This document shows positions 1 to 10,177 of a stretch of DNA of 64,000 nt, piece by piece (positions within the stretch are counted from its first letter, which is position 1; each line of letters opens with the position of its first letter). Source of the stretch: Hydrurus foetidus (Eukaryota); contig UYFQ01000001.1 of NCBI GenBank assembly GCA_900617105.1, positions 2,542,001 to 2,606,000 of the forward strand. Reading direction: 5' to 3'. Both the position numbers and the translations under genes were made by a program. The notes under the pieces are model-generated. The model was not told where the DNA came from and did not search any database. It saw only the letters and a program-made list of their open reading frames with translations.

Positions 1-741
1 GAGCTGGCATTGATAGCGGGCGCTGTTGCCGCTGGATTGATTGGCCTGCTGGTCGGCTTGGTGGCCATTCGCCGCCAGGGCATTTACTTTGCCATGATCA
101 CGCTGGCGATCGCCCAGATGGTTTACTTTGTGTGTTTGCAAGCGCCTTTTACCGGCGGTGAAGACGGCCTGCAAGGCGTGCCGCGCGGCAAGCTGCTGGG
201 GGCTTTTTCACTGGAGTCCGACCTGGCTCTGTACTACGTGGTGTTGGCGATTTTTGCAGCCTGCTTTTTGTTCATCACCCGCATTGTGAACTCGCCTTTT
301 GGGCATGTACTCAAAATGATTCGGGAAAACGAGCCTCGGGCGATTTCGCTGGGCTACCAGGTTGACCGCTACAAACTACTGGCCTTTGTACTGTCTGCTG
401 CGCTGGCCGGCTTGGCAGGCTCGATGAAGACTTTGGTCATGGGTTTTGCAACGCTGTCTGATGTGCATTGGTCCATGTCGGGCGAAGTGATTTTAATGAC
501 ACTGCTGGGCGGCGTTGGCACGTTTTTCGGACCAGTCGTCGGCGCGGGCGCGGTGATTTCGCTGCAAAACCTGCTGGCAGACAAGGTGGGTTCGTGGGTG
601 ACCGTCATCATCGGCGTGGTCTTCGTGTTGTGCGTACTGGCGTTTCGCAAAGGCTTGGTGGGCGAGTTGCAAGCCTTCAGAGAACGGCGGCGCAATGCTG
701 CTCTGCAAAATAGTCAAACGCAACCGGCAAGCCCCGCCTGA
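1..741 (+). CDS. Branched-chain amino acid ABC transporter permease (LivM-like), 5' end outside window
   Basis: GIYFAMITLA, TGGEDG, IRENEPRAISLGY and GGVGTFFGP motifs; frame is open from base 1. Confidence 0.9.
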   Translation, partial: ELALIAGAVAAGLIGLLVGLVAIRRQGIYFAMITLAIAQMVYFVCLQAPFTGGEDGLQGVPRGKLLGAFSLESDLALYYVVLAIFAACFLFITRIVNSPFGHVLKMIRENEPRAISLGYQVDRYKLLAFVLSAALAGLAGSMKTLVMGFATLSDVHWSMSGEVILMTLLGGVGTFFGPVVGAGAVISLQNLLADKVGSWVTVIIGVVFVLCVLAFRKGLVGELQAFRERRRNAALQNSQTQPASPA

Positions 742-922
742 ATCACAGGCTGACATCAGGCGAATCAAGCAAAGCTAACCAGCAACCCCTCGGGTTGGCT
801 TCAAACTAGAGGCCGCTCGACGGTTGCACTGAAGCGCTGATGCTAAAAAAGCTCGAGCAAAGAACGGTATTTGCAAGCGTCTTGCTTTCTTCCGCCTCTT
901 GCCTTCTTCTGCCTTGGTACCG

Positions 923-1329
923 TCAGGCGGCTTTCCGGAAAATATAGTCGGCTTGGTACCTCACGGTTTGCCTGGCGCCCTTGTTGGCTGGGCTGCAAAC
1001 TGAGGCCGGCGCGATGCCACCCGCCAAGGCCACGCGTTGAATGTAGGTCACGCCCTGCATAGCGCCTGCCCCCCATCGCTGGGTTGGCTTTAACCAGTTG
1101 CAGCGGCAAACTGGCGGGGTTGCTGGGCGCTACCGCCAACTGGGTGGCCGTGAGCCTGGAGCCGCCCATCGCCTCCCACGTGGCGGGCGGGCCGAAGTTC
1201 ATGGGTGACATGGCGCCGCAAGCACCAAGCACCAAGGACCAAGCAGCACGGCAGCACGGCAGCACCGCCGGCAGCCACCGCGAAAGTTACACGTTGGGAG
1301 AAAATAAAAGCAGACACAAAAACAGACAC
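923..1329 (-). pseudogene. Degraded DUF3455-like lipoprotein gene
   Basis: Joining three frame segments gives signal peptide ...LLGAC, then FGPPATWEAMGGS...QLVKANPAMG, then AGAMQGVTYIQRVALAGGIAP...YQADYIF; frameshifts at the tandem repeats 1219-1265 and the C6 run 1069-1074. Confidence 0.65.
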
Positions 1330-1465
1330 GGCGACGGTCTTGGTGAGTTGGAATAGGCGCGGTGCACGATTAAATCAATGCATAGCTACAGTCCATACCT
1401 AGGCGGCGACTGACTAGATTCACTTACGCAGTTAGCGCCAGTGGGTTCGCCGGGAGGCTAGCCAT

Positions 1466-2056
1466 TTAGTCGTGGCGAAACTGATCTGCGTTTTTGCCTT
1501 TAACGCCGCTGTAAAAGGCCTTGATGGCGGCCATGTCGGCATCAATGTCGCCGGTGGTTTGAAACACGGGCCCCAAGCCACCTACTTTTTTGTCGTAGTC
1601 CAGATACGCCAGAACGATGGGCACGCCTGCGCCTTGGGCAATATAGTAAAAACCGGTTTTCCAAAAGCGGGTGCCGCTGCGTGTGCCCTCGGGCGGCACG
1701 ATGAGCTGCAGCGGGCCAGTGGCCTGCACGATGGCGGCACTGGACGCAGCAACCAGATTGTTGCTTTGCGCGCGGTCAACGGGTATGCCGCCCAGCCACT
1801 TCATGACGCCGCCAAAAGGCGGTTTGAAAATGGACGATTTACCAATCCAGTACACGTTCAGCCGCAGCGAAAAAGCCACCATCAATGTGTAGGGCAAGTC
1901 CCAGTTGCTGGTGTGCGGCGCGGCAATCAACACGCTTTTTGCGGCGTGCGGCGGCAGCTTGCCCACCACCTTCCAGCCTGTCAGGCGAAGAAAGCCAATA
2001 GACAACCAGCGCAGCAGGGTGTTGACAACCGGCGTGTCGAAAATAGTGTGGTGCAT
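1466..2056 (-). CDS. Lysophospholipid/glycerol acyltransferase (PlsC family)
   Basis: HTSNWD (HX4D) and PEGTRS motifs. Confidence 0.9.
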   Translation of the reverse strand: MHHTIFDTPVVNTLLRWLSIGFLRLTGWKVVGKLPPHAAKSVLIAAPHTSNWDLPYTLMVAFSLRLNVYWIGKSSIFKPPFGGVMKWLGGIPVDRAQSNNLVAASSAAIVQATGPLQLIVPPEGTRSGTRFWKTGFYYIAQGAGVPIVLAYLDYDKKVGGLGPVFQTTGDIDADMAAIKAFYSGVKGKNADQFRHD

Positions 2057-2180
2057 GGGCGCAGTGTGGGGCGTGTGGTGGTTACGCTCAGCAATACGCC
2101 CGCGCTTGTGGCGGTTATCTTAGTTGCAGATCTTTACAGTCCGGGCGCCGCAGCAAAAGTTGTTTTTGAAGCGCTGCAGT

Positions 2181-2230
2181 TACTATTAATTTAGGAGCTG
2201 CTCGCGCCCGCATTTATTGGTTTACAGACC
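2181..2230 (+). repeat. ~50-bp dispersed repeat, copy R1
   Basis: tactattaatttaggagctgctcgcgcccgcatttattggtttacag matches family consensus. Confidence 0.85.
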
Positions 2231-2261
2231 AATATAGCACCTAAAGAGAGGTCGAAACGAC

Positions 2262-2981
2262 TCAAAAAGGCAATTGTTGGCCCAAGTAATCGACCAGGCA
2301 ACCCGTATCAGCCGGACTCAGGCCAGCAAGTACTGTCAGCAGGTCGTGGGCGGCTTCGGCTGGTGGCCGCACGTTCAACCCCGTTTTGGCAAACGGCTGG
2401 CTGAGCGCACTGGCCACAGTGCCGGGGTGCAGGCTAACGCAAATGCTTTCTTTATTGCGCCGGGTCATCTCAATCGACGCAGTTTTAACAAGCTGGTTCA
2501 GCGCCGCTTTTGAAGCCCGATAGCCGTACCAGCCGCCCAGAGCGTTGTCGCCGATGCTGCCGACACGCGCCGACAAAAATCCCGCTACGCAGCGGCCGGT
2601 TTTAGGCAACAGCGGCAAGAAATGCCTCATCACCAACGCCGGACCAAGGGTGTTGATTTTAAAAACTTGTTCAAGATACGCAGCATTCAGGTTAGTAAAA
2701 CTGCGCTCCGGCTGGCCTTGTTCCCCGTGCAAAAAACCCGTCGCGACTATCAACAAGCGCAGCTGCGCACCAGACGATTCACACAGGCTGGCAACCGCCT
2801 GCGCAGCTTTAGCGATGCTGGACTCGTCTGTGTAGTCAACGTTAACTTCTGTGCTGCGGCTTAGACCCATGACTTGTGCGTAAGTGGCGTCACCTTCAAG
2901 CTGCGCGAGCAAAGCGGCACCAATGCCGCCGCCAGAGCCGATGACAGCGGCCAAGCCTGGATTAACTGATGGACTGTTCAT
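2262..2981 (-). CDS. Short-chain dehydrogenase/reductase (CsgA/C-factor-like)
   Basis: GSGGGIG, SARVGSIGDN, YRASK, HPGTV motifs. Confidence 0.9.
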   Translation of the reverse strand: MNSPSVNPGLAAVIGSGGGIGAALLAQLEGDATYAQVMGLSRSTEVNVDYTDESSIAKAAQAVASLCESSGAQLRLLIVATGFLHGEQGQPERSFTNLNAAYLEQVFKINTLGPALVMRHFLPLLPKTGRCVAGFLSARVGSIGDNALGGWYGYRASKAALNQLVKTASIEMTRRNKESICVSLHPGTVASALSQPFAKTGLNVRPPAEAAHDLLTVLAGLSPADTGCLVDYLGQQLPF

Positions 2982-3001
2982 GACCGATTAATAATTAAAT
3001 C

Positions 3002-3052
3002 TACTATTAAATTAGGAGCTGCTTGCGCCCGCGTTTATTGCGCCACAGCACT
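3002..3052 (+). repeat. Dispersed repeat copy R2
   Basis: tactattaaattaggagctgcttgcgcccgcgtttattgcgccacagc. Confidence 0.85.
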
Positions 3053-3070
3053 AAATGCCACTGAAAAACA

Positions 3071-3995
3071 CTAAATTTCATCCATAAAGCGCACTTTGAC
3101 GCTCTTCCCCTTCACACCGCCATTACTCAGCTTTTGCTGCGCCAGGCTGGCCATGCTGCGTTCAATTGCCACGTAGGTTGAAAACTCATTCACGTTGATT
3201 TTGCCCACCTGCTCGCGCGTGAAAGCTGGCACGCCGCCATCTGCACCCGTCAGCGCACCCAGCACATCACCCGCGCGGATTTTTTCTTTGCGGCCACCGA
3301 CAATTTGCAGGGTGACCATGGGCGGCAGCAGTGGGTCATTGCTGGCTGGGGTTAGCTCTGTCAGCTTGTGCCACACACTCTCCAGCTTTTGCATCACTTC
3401 AATTTTGCCGACGTAACCCATCTCGTCCATGCTGGCCAGGCTGATGGCCACGCCTTCTTCGTCAGCTCGGCCAGTACGGCCAATGCGGTGGATGTGCACT
3501 TCAGCATCGGGGGTTACGTCCACATTAATAACCATAGCAAGCTGCGCAATATCCAAGCCGCGTGCAGCAACATCTGTTGCCACCAATACTGAGCATGAAC
3601 GGTTGGCAAATTGCACCAGCACCTGGTCACGCTCGCGCTGCTCCAGCTCGCCAAACAAAGCCAGTGCGCTAAAGCCTTGGTCTTTTAAATACGCCACCAG
3701 CGCGCGGCATTGTGATTTGGTATTGCAAAACGCCAGCGTACTTAGAGGCCTGAAGTGGCGCAGCACTTGGGCCACGGCACCCAAGCGGGCTTCGTCGTGG
3801 TCACTGTCTGGCACCTGGTACCAACGCTGGGTGATTTTGGTTTTTTCATGCTGCGCTTGCACGGTAATGGTTTGCGGCGCTTTCATGAATTGCGCACTCA
3901 GCTTGGCAATGCCTTCAGGGTAGGTGGCTGAAAACAGCAGCGTTTGGCGCTCTTTGGGGCACTGCTTGGCCACGGTCACGATGTCTTCAAAAAAA

Positions 3996-4027
<32 letters not shown>

Positions 4028-4492
4028 TACCAGTGTGTTCATCGCCTCAAGATTCAAATTGCCACGGCCCAAATGGTCCATGATGCGGCCCGGTGTGCCA
4101 ACCACGATGTGCGCGCCGTTTTCTAAAGTAGCCGTCTGGTTGCGCAGCGGCACACCGCCGCAGAGCACCACGACTTTCACGTTTTCTTCAGCCCGCGCCA
4201 GGCGGCGAATTTCAGTCGCCACCTGGTCAGCCAGCTCGCGCGTAGGGCACAGCACCATGGCTTGCACGGCAAAGCGGCGGGCATTTAAGTTGGCCAGCAA
4301 CGCAATGCCGAACGCTGCCGTTTTGCCGCTGCCGGTTTTGGCCTGAGCGATCAGGTCTTTGCCGAGCAATGCAACCGGCAGCGCGGCAGCTTGAATCGGC
4401 GTCATTTGGGTGTAGCCCAGCTGCGTGAGGTTGGCCAATACGTGGGCGGGCAGGGATAAAGAGGCGAAGTCAATAGATGTAGTCATCCCCAA
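3071..4492 (-). CDS. dbpA: ATP-dependent RNA helicase DbpA
   Basis: AKTGSGKT, PTRELA, DEAD, SAT, HRIGRTGR motifs plus C-terminal GGRKEKIRAGDVLGAL RNA-binding domain. Confidence 0.95.
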
Positions 4493-4529
4493 TTATCATG
4501 GGCAGAGCTATAAACATAAGGAAAACTCT

Positions 4530-5918
4530 GTGCAAACATTTGATTTTGATCTTTTCGTTATTGGCGGCGGCAGCGGCGGCGTGCGTGCTGCGCGCATGGC
4601 TGGCCAGCGCGGTGCGAAGGTGGCGGTGGCCGAAGTGGCCGACATGGGCGGCACGTGCGTTAACGTGGGCTGCATTCCTAAAAAGCTATACAGCTACGCC
4701 GCGCACTTTGCCGATTTTTTTGAAGAGTCGCACGGCTTTGGTTGGGAAGGCGCTGCGCCTGTCTTCAATTGGGAAACGCTTAAAACCAATCGCGCCAAAG
4801 AAATCAAGCGGCTGAACGGCATTTATGTGAATTTGCTGGACGGCGCAGGCGTGAAAATTATCAAGGGCTGGGCGAGGCTGCTTGACCCACACACCATTGA
4901 AGTTGATGGCAAACAGTACACCGCCAAAAACATATTGATTTCAACTGGCGGCACAGCCCTGGTGCCTGCCGTTGAAGGCCATGACCACGTGGTGACGTCT
5001 GACAGCATGTTTGACTTGTCGCCGTTTCCCAAGCGGCTGCTTGTGGTGGGCGGCGGCTACATAGCCTGCGAGTTTGCATCGATTTTTAATGGCTTGGGCT
5101 CGCACGTGACCCTGGTGCATCGGGGCGACAAAGTGCTAACCGGTTTTGACGAAGACGTGCGCAGCTTTATCGCGGTGGAGATGGCCAAGACCGGCGTTAA
5201 CTTCAAGTTCAAAACTGAAGTCGAATCCATCACCAAAACCGCGCATGGCCTGCACGTCAAAGTCAAAGGTGACGGCGAGAGTTTGACCGTTGACACCGTG
5301 CTGTACGCCACGGGGCGCATCGCGAATGCAAGCGGGCTGGGCCTTGGCGCTGTGGGTGTTGAGTTGAATGCAGCAGGCGCCATCAAGGTCAACGCACATT
5401 ACCAAACCAATGTTCCGCACATCTACTCAGTGGGCGACGTGACGGCACGCATGCAGCTTACTCCCGTAGCGCTGGGCGAGGCAATGGTGGTGGTAGACCA
5501 ACTCTTTGGCCCAGCTGCGGGCAAGTCGCCGCGATCCATGAGCTATGACTTTATTCCCACAGCCGTGTTTACGCACCCCAACATTGGCACAGTGGGTTAT
5601 TCAGAAAGCCAGGCGCGTGACAAGTTCGACAAAGTCAGCGTGTACCGCGCTGACTTCAAATCGCTCAAACACACGCTAAGCGGCAGCACCGAGCGCACGC
5701 TGATGAAGCTGCTGGTAGACGACGACACCGACCGCGTAGTGGGCCTGCACATGGTAGGGCCAGATGCGGGCGAGGTGGTGCAAGGCTTTGCGGTAGCCAT
5801 GAAGGCGGGCGCTACCAAGGCGGTGTTTGACAGCACCATTGGCATTCACCCCACCATGGCCGAGGAATTTGTAACGATGCGAGAAGCTGTGGCCCCCACG
5901 GTCGCTCGCGTTGCATAG
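4530..5918 (+). CDS. gor: Glutathione-disulfide reductase
   Basis: GGGSGG, GGTCVNVGCIPKK, GIHPTMAEEF; start placed at GTG 4530 after an AAGGA RBS. Confidence 0.95.
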   Translation: MQTFDFDLFVIGGGSGGVRAARMAGQRGAKVAVAEVADMGGTCVNVGCIPKKLYSYAAHFADFFEESHGFGWEGAAPVFNWETLKTNRAKEIKRLNGIYVNLLDGAGVKIIKGWARLLDPHTIEVDGKQYTAKNILISTGGTALVPAVEGHDHVVTSDSMFDLSPFPKRLLVVGGGYIACEFASIFNGLGSHVTLVHRGDKVLTGFDEDVRSFIAVEMAKTGVNFKFKTEVESITKTAHGLHVKVKGDGESLTVDTVLYATGRIANASGLGLGAVGVELNAAGAIKVNAHYQTNVPHIYSVGDVTARMQLTPVALGEAMVVVDQLFGPAAGKSPRSMSYDFIPTAVFTHPNIGTVGYSESQARDKFDKVSVYRADFKSLKHTLSGSTERTLMKLLVDDDTDRVVGLHMVGPDAGEVVQGFAVAMKAGATKAVFDSTIGIHPTMAEEFVTMREAVAPTVARVA

Positions 5919-6036
5919 CTCCCTGGACGTGCCATCGCGTGACGCTCAGGCTCTTCGCGCTGTCCAAGGCAAAGCCAGTCCCGCGCCCCCTATTTGAATT
6001 GAAGTAACCTCTGCTACTTATCACATAGTCGAACAC

Positions 6037-7536
6037 ATGCCTTATCTACCAAGCTTCATAGCCCCTACTCGCTTCAGCAATGCTTCAGAGGCATTAGCCC
6101 AAGTCCAGCAGATTTACAGCCAGCAAATTGCGCATTTGCGCAGCGCCATGCAGCGCTACGTGGCGGGCGAAACGCTACCTGGTCATGTGCGTGCGTGCTA
6201 TCCGTTTGTGCGTATCCATACCGAAACCGTTTCGCGCAAATTGCAAGAGGCCATAGATGGCGCGCAACTGAGCTACGGATTTGTAGCGGGCCCGGGCCGG
6301 TTTGAAACCACCCTCACCCGGCCTGACCTGTACGCTAACTACTACCTGGAGCAGTTCAAGCTTCTGCTGCAAAACCACGGCGTTGAGCTTGAAGTGGGCA
6401 CCAGCACCCAGCCCATCCCGGTGCACTTTTCATTTGCCGAGCATGACCATATTGAAGGCAACCTGAGCGCTGATCGGCGCAGCCTGATGCGCGACGTGTT
6501 TGACCTGCCCGACCTGGCCGCGATGGACGACGGCATTGCCAACGGCACGTTTGAAGCCAAGCCCGGTGAACCCCAGCCGCTGTCGCTGTTCACAGCAGCG
6601 CGGGTTGACTATTCATTGCAGCGACTTCGCCACTACACCGGCACATCGCCCGACTGGTTTCAAAACTTTGTGTTGTTCACCAACTACCAGTTTTACATCG
6701 ACGAGTTTGTGCGCCTGGGCCATGCCGAAATGGCTGACTCGAAAAGTGAATACATCTGCTTTGTAGAGCCCGGCAACGTCGTCACCCGCCGCGCAGGCTT
6801 GCCCGCCGAGCAAGGTGACGAGCTGGGTGTACCGCCACCCCGCCTGCCGCAAATGCCCGCCTACCACCTGATGCGCGCCGACCGCACAGGCATCACCATG
6901 GTCAACATTGGCGTGGGCCCCGCCAACGCCAAAAACATCACCGACCACATCGCCGTGCTGCGGCCCCATGCGTGGATCATGCTCGGCCACTGTGCGGGCC
7001 TGCGCAACAGCCAGCGACTGGGCGACTACGTGCTGGCCCACGGCTATGTGCGTGAAGACCATGTGCTGGACGAAGAACTGCCGCTGTGGATACCCATCCC
7101 CGCGCTGGCTGAAATTCAAAAGGCGTTAGAGACTGCCGTGGCAGACGTCACCGGCTTGCAGGGCGCAGCCCTGAAAAGCATCCTGCGCACAGGTACCGTG
7201 GCATCTACCGACAACCGCAACTGGGAACTGCTACCCGGCAACCAGCCACAACGCCGCTTCAGCCAAAGTCGCGCCGTAGCCCTGGACATGGAAAGCGCGA
7301 CGATAGCTGCCAACGGCTTCAGGTTTCGCGTGCCCTACGGCACCCTGCTGTGCGTAAGCGACAAGCCCCTGCACGGCGAAATCAAACTACCCGGCATGGC
7401 CAACCACTTTTACCGCGAGCGGGTAGACCAGCACTTGCGCATCGGTATGCGGGCTATCGAGCTGCTGCGAGCTGAGGGGTCAAGCCAGTTGCATTCGCGG
7501 AAGTTGCGGAGTTTTTCTGAGGTGGCGTTTCAGTGA
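6037..7536 (+). CDS. amn: AMP nucleosidase
   Basis: RVDYSLQRLRHYTG, LFTNYQFY, PQMPAYHL, ALDMESA, VSDKPLHGE motifs. Confidence 0.95.
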   Translation: MPYLPSFIAPTRFSNASEALAQVQQIYSQQIAHLRSAMQRYVAGETLPGHVRACYPFVRIHTETVSRKLQEAIDGAQLSYGFVAGPGRFETTLTRPDLYANYYLEQFKLLLQNHGVELEVGTSTQPIPVHFSFAEHDHIEGNLSADRRSLMRDVFDLPDLAAMDDGIANGTFEAKPGEPQPLSLFTAARVDYSLQRLRHYTGTSPDWFQNFVLFTNYQFYIDEFVRLGHAEMADSKSEYICFVEPGNVVTRRAGLPAEQGDELGVPPPRLPQMPAYHLMRADRTGITMVNIGVGPANAKNITDHIAVLRPHAWIMLGHCAGLRNSQRLGDYVLAHGYVREDHVLDEELPLWIPIPALAEIQKALETAVADVTGLQGAALKSILRTGTVASTDNRNWELLPGNQPQRRFSQSRAVALDMESATIAANGFRFRVPYGTLLCVSDKPLHGEIKLPGMANHFYRERVDQHLRIGMRAIELLRAEGSSQLHSRKLRSFSEVAFQ

Positions 7537-7636
7537 TTTGCGGGGATTTGTTTACGACTTCTAATTGCATGCCACTTAGCAGCAGGCCCTGCTTTCTAAT
7601 TTGGCGACCTTTGATCTGATTTGGAAACTGGCCACA

Positions 7637-7688
7637 AGCTATTTTTTTGGGAGCTGCTTGCGCGCATTTTCATTGGTCTTTAAGCACT
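7637..7688 (+). repeat. Dispersed repeat copy R3
   Basis: gctatttttttgggagctgcttgcgcgcattttcattgg. Confidence 0.75.
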
Positions 7689-7929
7689 TTTTATTGGTTT
7701 AAAGTACTCGGCAATAGTGTTTAAACGCTGTTTGACACTTTGGCGCCTGTAGATGGGTAGCTTGGTCCATTTATCAGTGCGGTCAGCTAAAGACGCGACA
7801 AGCCTTGGCCGGAATCGACGACGAAGAAACCAATAAGTCACGGGGCTTACTCGTCTATTATTTTGGCCAATGAAACACCAAGACGTAAGTGCATGGGTTC
7901 CAGAAAAATACGAATGGGAGGAGTTGGTC

Positions 7930-8472
7930 ATGGATCAGAAGACTTTGTTGGTGATCGCTGTACTGGTCGCAATTGGGGCCATATCGTGGTACCGAACCGG
8001 CAAGAGGACAGTGATGGACTTGGTCACACCACAAGACAAGCTGACCACGAAGGTGGGTATCCAAATGGCTCTGCAGATGCTTGGTAGCGCATTAGAGCCT
8101 CGCACCGACAAGTCGCCTTCTGACGCTATCGCGGCTGGCGAAAGGGCTCTAGAAGATAACGGTATGAGTTGTGCAATCGTAGTCAACGTACTGTTAATGG
8201 GGTTTTTAGGCGGTTACATCACAAAGAATAAATTGAGCTCGGGTCGAACAAAAGCATTGATGCTTCACGGTTCATCGTTACTGGCCGATAGTTTTAAGCT
8301 GAACGGCGAACATCTTTGGGACCGAAGTGGAGAACTTGTAAAAGTGCCCGGTCCTCTAGGATTTCTTATGCAGAAGGCTCAGATGGATGGCGTTTCTTTT
8401 CCTAGCAAAGTTCGCCAGGACTCGGTCTTGGCAAGCCTGCTGATAGATTCCATCAAGCAGGCTAGGGGCTAG
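7930..8472 (+). CDS. Hypothetical protein with N-terminal membrane anchor
   Basis: GGAGGAG RBS before ATG 7930 (ORF is open from 7870); hydrophobic LLVIAVLVAIGAISW; AT-richer than the backbone. Confidence 0.6.
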   Translation: MDQKTLLVIAVLVAIGAISWYRTGKRTVMDLVTPQDKLTTKVGIQMALQMLGSALEPRTDKSPSDAIAAGERALEDNGMSCAIVVNVLLMGFLGGYITKNKLSSGRTKALMLHGSSLLADSFKLNGEHLWDRSGELVKVPGPLGFLMQKAQMDGVSFPSKVRQDSVLASLLIDSIKQARG

Positions 8473-8781
8473 CGTGCATAGTTGCAGTACGTGTTCTGCA
8501 AGGCTGAAATAAGCTGCTGCACTTCTGCCTATGCCACATCCGTTTTTGAAGGCGTAAAGTCCGTCCAACTCAAGTTGAATGACTGCTATTTGGGAATGCG
8601 GAAGACCGCTTTCAGCCTGAAGACACCACATCACTGAAATTTGTAGAGTGCGTAATAGTTTTCAATCGACTTGCCGGAAAGCAGACGCTTGCATAAGACA
8701 GCAACTGGCCCAAACCGAGCGTTCGCACATTTCTAAAGTCGCGAAACTTCATGAGGAGCACCTTGCACGAAAAGTCGGCTC

Positions 8782-8879
8782 TCAAGCAACACGCGGCTTC
8801 ACTATCCCCGCCGTCTTCTTCGCATTTGTTCGCGCCACCTCCACATCAAAAGCCAGAGTCACGCTCATTCATCGTTTGA
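8782..8879 (-). pseudogene. Degenerate purT 3'-end fragment (copy 3)
   Basis: Translates KR*MSVTLAFD--VEVARTNAKKTAGIVKPRVA* versus PurT C-terminus [34 protein letters not shown]. Confidence 0.85.
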
Positions 8880-8942
8880 CTCAGCTTTTTAGTCTGCCCT
8901 GCGGGTGGGTGGTGATAATTGGCACGCGGCGTGTCACGAAAT

Positions 8943-8993
8943 TACTACTAAATTTATAGCTGCTTGCGCCCGTATTTATTGCGCAGCAGCGCT
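8943..8993 (+). repeat. Dispersed repeat copy R4
   Basis: tactactaaatttatagctgcttgcgcccgtatttattgcgcagcagc. Confidence 0.85.
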
Positions 8994-9120
8994 ACTCGAA
9001 GCGATTTTAGGTATCTTTGAACATAATTTGAGGAGTAGAGGTGACATGCGAATCGTGGAAATTCAACTTATAATTTGAGGTCGTACTTTCTGAAGGAGTA
9101 TTCAAATTCCCGAAATTCGT

Positions 9121-9360
9121 ATGCGCCCCAAACACCAGGTCACGTTGCCCGCCAGCTTGGTCAGGCAAGCCAATATCAAGCTTGATGACAAGCTGGCTGT
9201 GAGCTATGTCAATGGCAGTATTGTTTTGACGCCCAGTGCAGCAAGCGAAAAGCGAATCGACATCATGGCGTTTGCCGGCATTGCAAGCGGCCTGTGGGGT
9301 ACCACGGCTCATGAAATTGACCAGACTCTGAGCAGCATGAAATCTGGCTGGGAGCGCTAG
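9121..9360 (+). CDS. AbrB/MazE/SpoVT-family antitoxin (VapB-like)
   Basis: RPKHQVTLPASL...GSIVLTP AbrB pattern directly upstream of a PIN gene; RBS position points to a start at ATT 9106. Confidence 0.8.
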   Translation: MRPKHQVTLPASLVRQANIKLDDKLAVSYVNGSIVLTPSAASEKRIDIMAFAGIASGLWGTTAHEIDQTLSSMKSGWER

Positions 9361-9363
9361 TTT

Positions 9364-9813
9364 TTGGCCAAATCAGCATTCGATCAACTGGCGGGCCAGC
9401 GTACTTACATCGACACCAACGTTTTCATCTACTTTTTAAGCCGCCACCCAACCTGGTTTGATGCATCAGCACGCATCATCAATTCCTGCGCCGAATCCCG
9501 CATCTTTGGATTCACAGGAGATGCTGCCATTGCGGAAGTTCTGGTCGGTGCCTACAAGCACACTGACCCAAATTTGGCGGCAAGCTTCAAACAGTTCTTT
9601 TCACAAAGAAACTTTTTAATCATCGCTGCGCACGACGCCCAAGCATTTGACTCGGCGGCGCAGTTGGTTGCCAAGGGCGGGGTGAAATTCATCGTCGCTT
9701 TACACATGGCTACTGCTGTGCAAAACCAGTGCACATATTTTGTGACGAATGACAAGGGCATCAAGTCTGGCGCCCAACTGCAGGTGGTGCAGCTTGAGGC
9801 AATTGCTGACTAG
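9364..9813 (+). CDS. vapC: PIN-domain (VapC-family) toxin, possibly inactivated
   Basis: YIDTNVFIY, AEVL, (D>V)ALHMATA, FVTND motifs. Confidence 0.85.
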   Translation: MAKSAFDQLAGQRTYIDTNVFIYFLSRHPTWFDASARIINSCAESRIFGFTGDAAIAEVLVGAYKHTDPNLAASFKQFFSQRNFLIIAAHDAQAFDSAAQLVAKGGVKFIVALHMATAVQNQCTYFVTNDKGIKSGAQLQVVQLEAIAD

Positions 9814-9850
9814 TTGATAGCCAGTTGCAGACTAAGTCAGGCACATTCGT

Positions 9851-10177
9851 TTAAGTCTGCCAAACACCATAGCCACCTGCTCGCAAATCAATTCCCAACT
9901 CGACCTCCAAACTGCGCGCGTCTTCATAAGTTAATGGGTTGTACAGGTCGTAAAGCTCTGGCAACAGACGCAGACCGAATTCCTGCACGTAGCGGTTAGA
10001 TTGAATTCCCGCCTTGTGTTTGTCAAACCGCACATCTGGATCCAGCCCGGTCATGCCGACGTAAACGCAGGGTTTGCCAGTTACGTAGTGGGGGTTGCAT
10101 TTAATAAAGCGCGGCTTGGAAAGCACCTCGCTCGACAATTCAATCACATAGACGTGGTGGTGTTTGCGGTTGGCCAT
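9851..10177 (-). CDS. Small GIY-YIG-like protein, copy B
   Basis: VYVIEL...VYVGMT...RFDKH...LEVE; 105/108 aa identical to 11096-11422. Confidence 0.75.
   Translation of the reverse strand: MANRKHHHVYVIELSSEVLSKPRFIKCNPHYVTGKPCVYVGMTGLDPDVRFDKHKAGIQSNRYVQEFGLRLLPELYDLYNPLTYEDARSLEVELGIDLRAGGYGVWQT

Noticed and set aside
843..1460. Possible structured RNA (RNase P, tmRNA, SRP) in the GC-rich gap
   Set aside because: No hallmark motifs found; the region is explained by a frameshifted DUF3455-like gene on the minus strand.
4425..4529. N-terminal extension of the gor ORF overlapping dbpA
   Set aside because: RBS and recognisable sequence begin at GTG 4530.
8570..8730. Fragments such as gaatgactgctat and ggaaagcagacg that might be relic hairpin repeats
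   Set aside because: Too degenerate, with no second copy in the window to support them.
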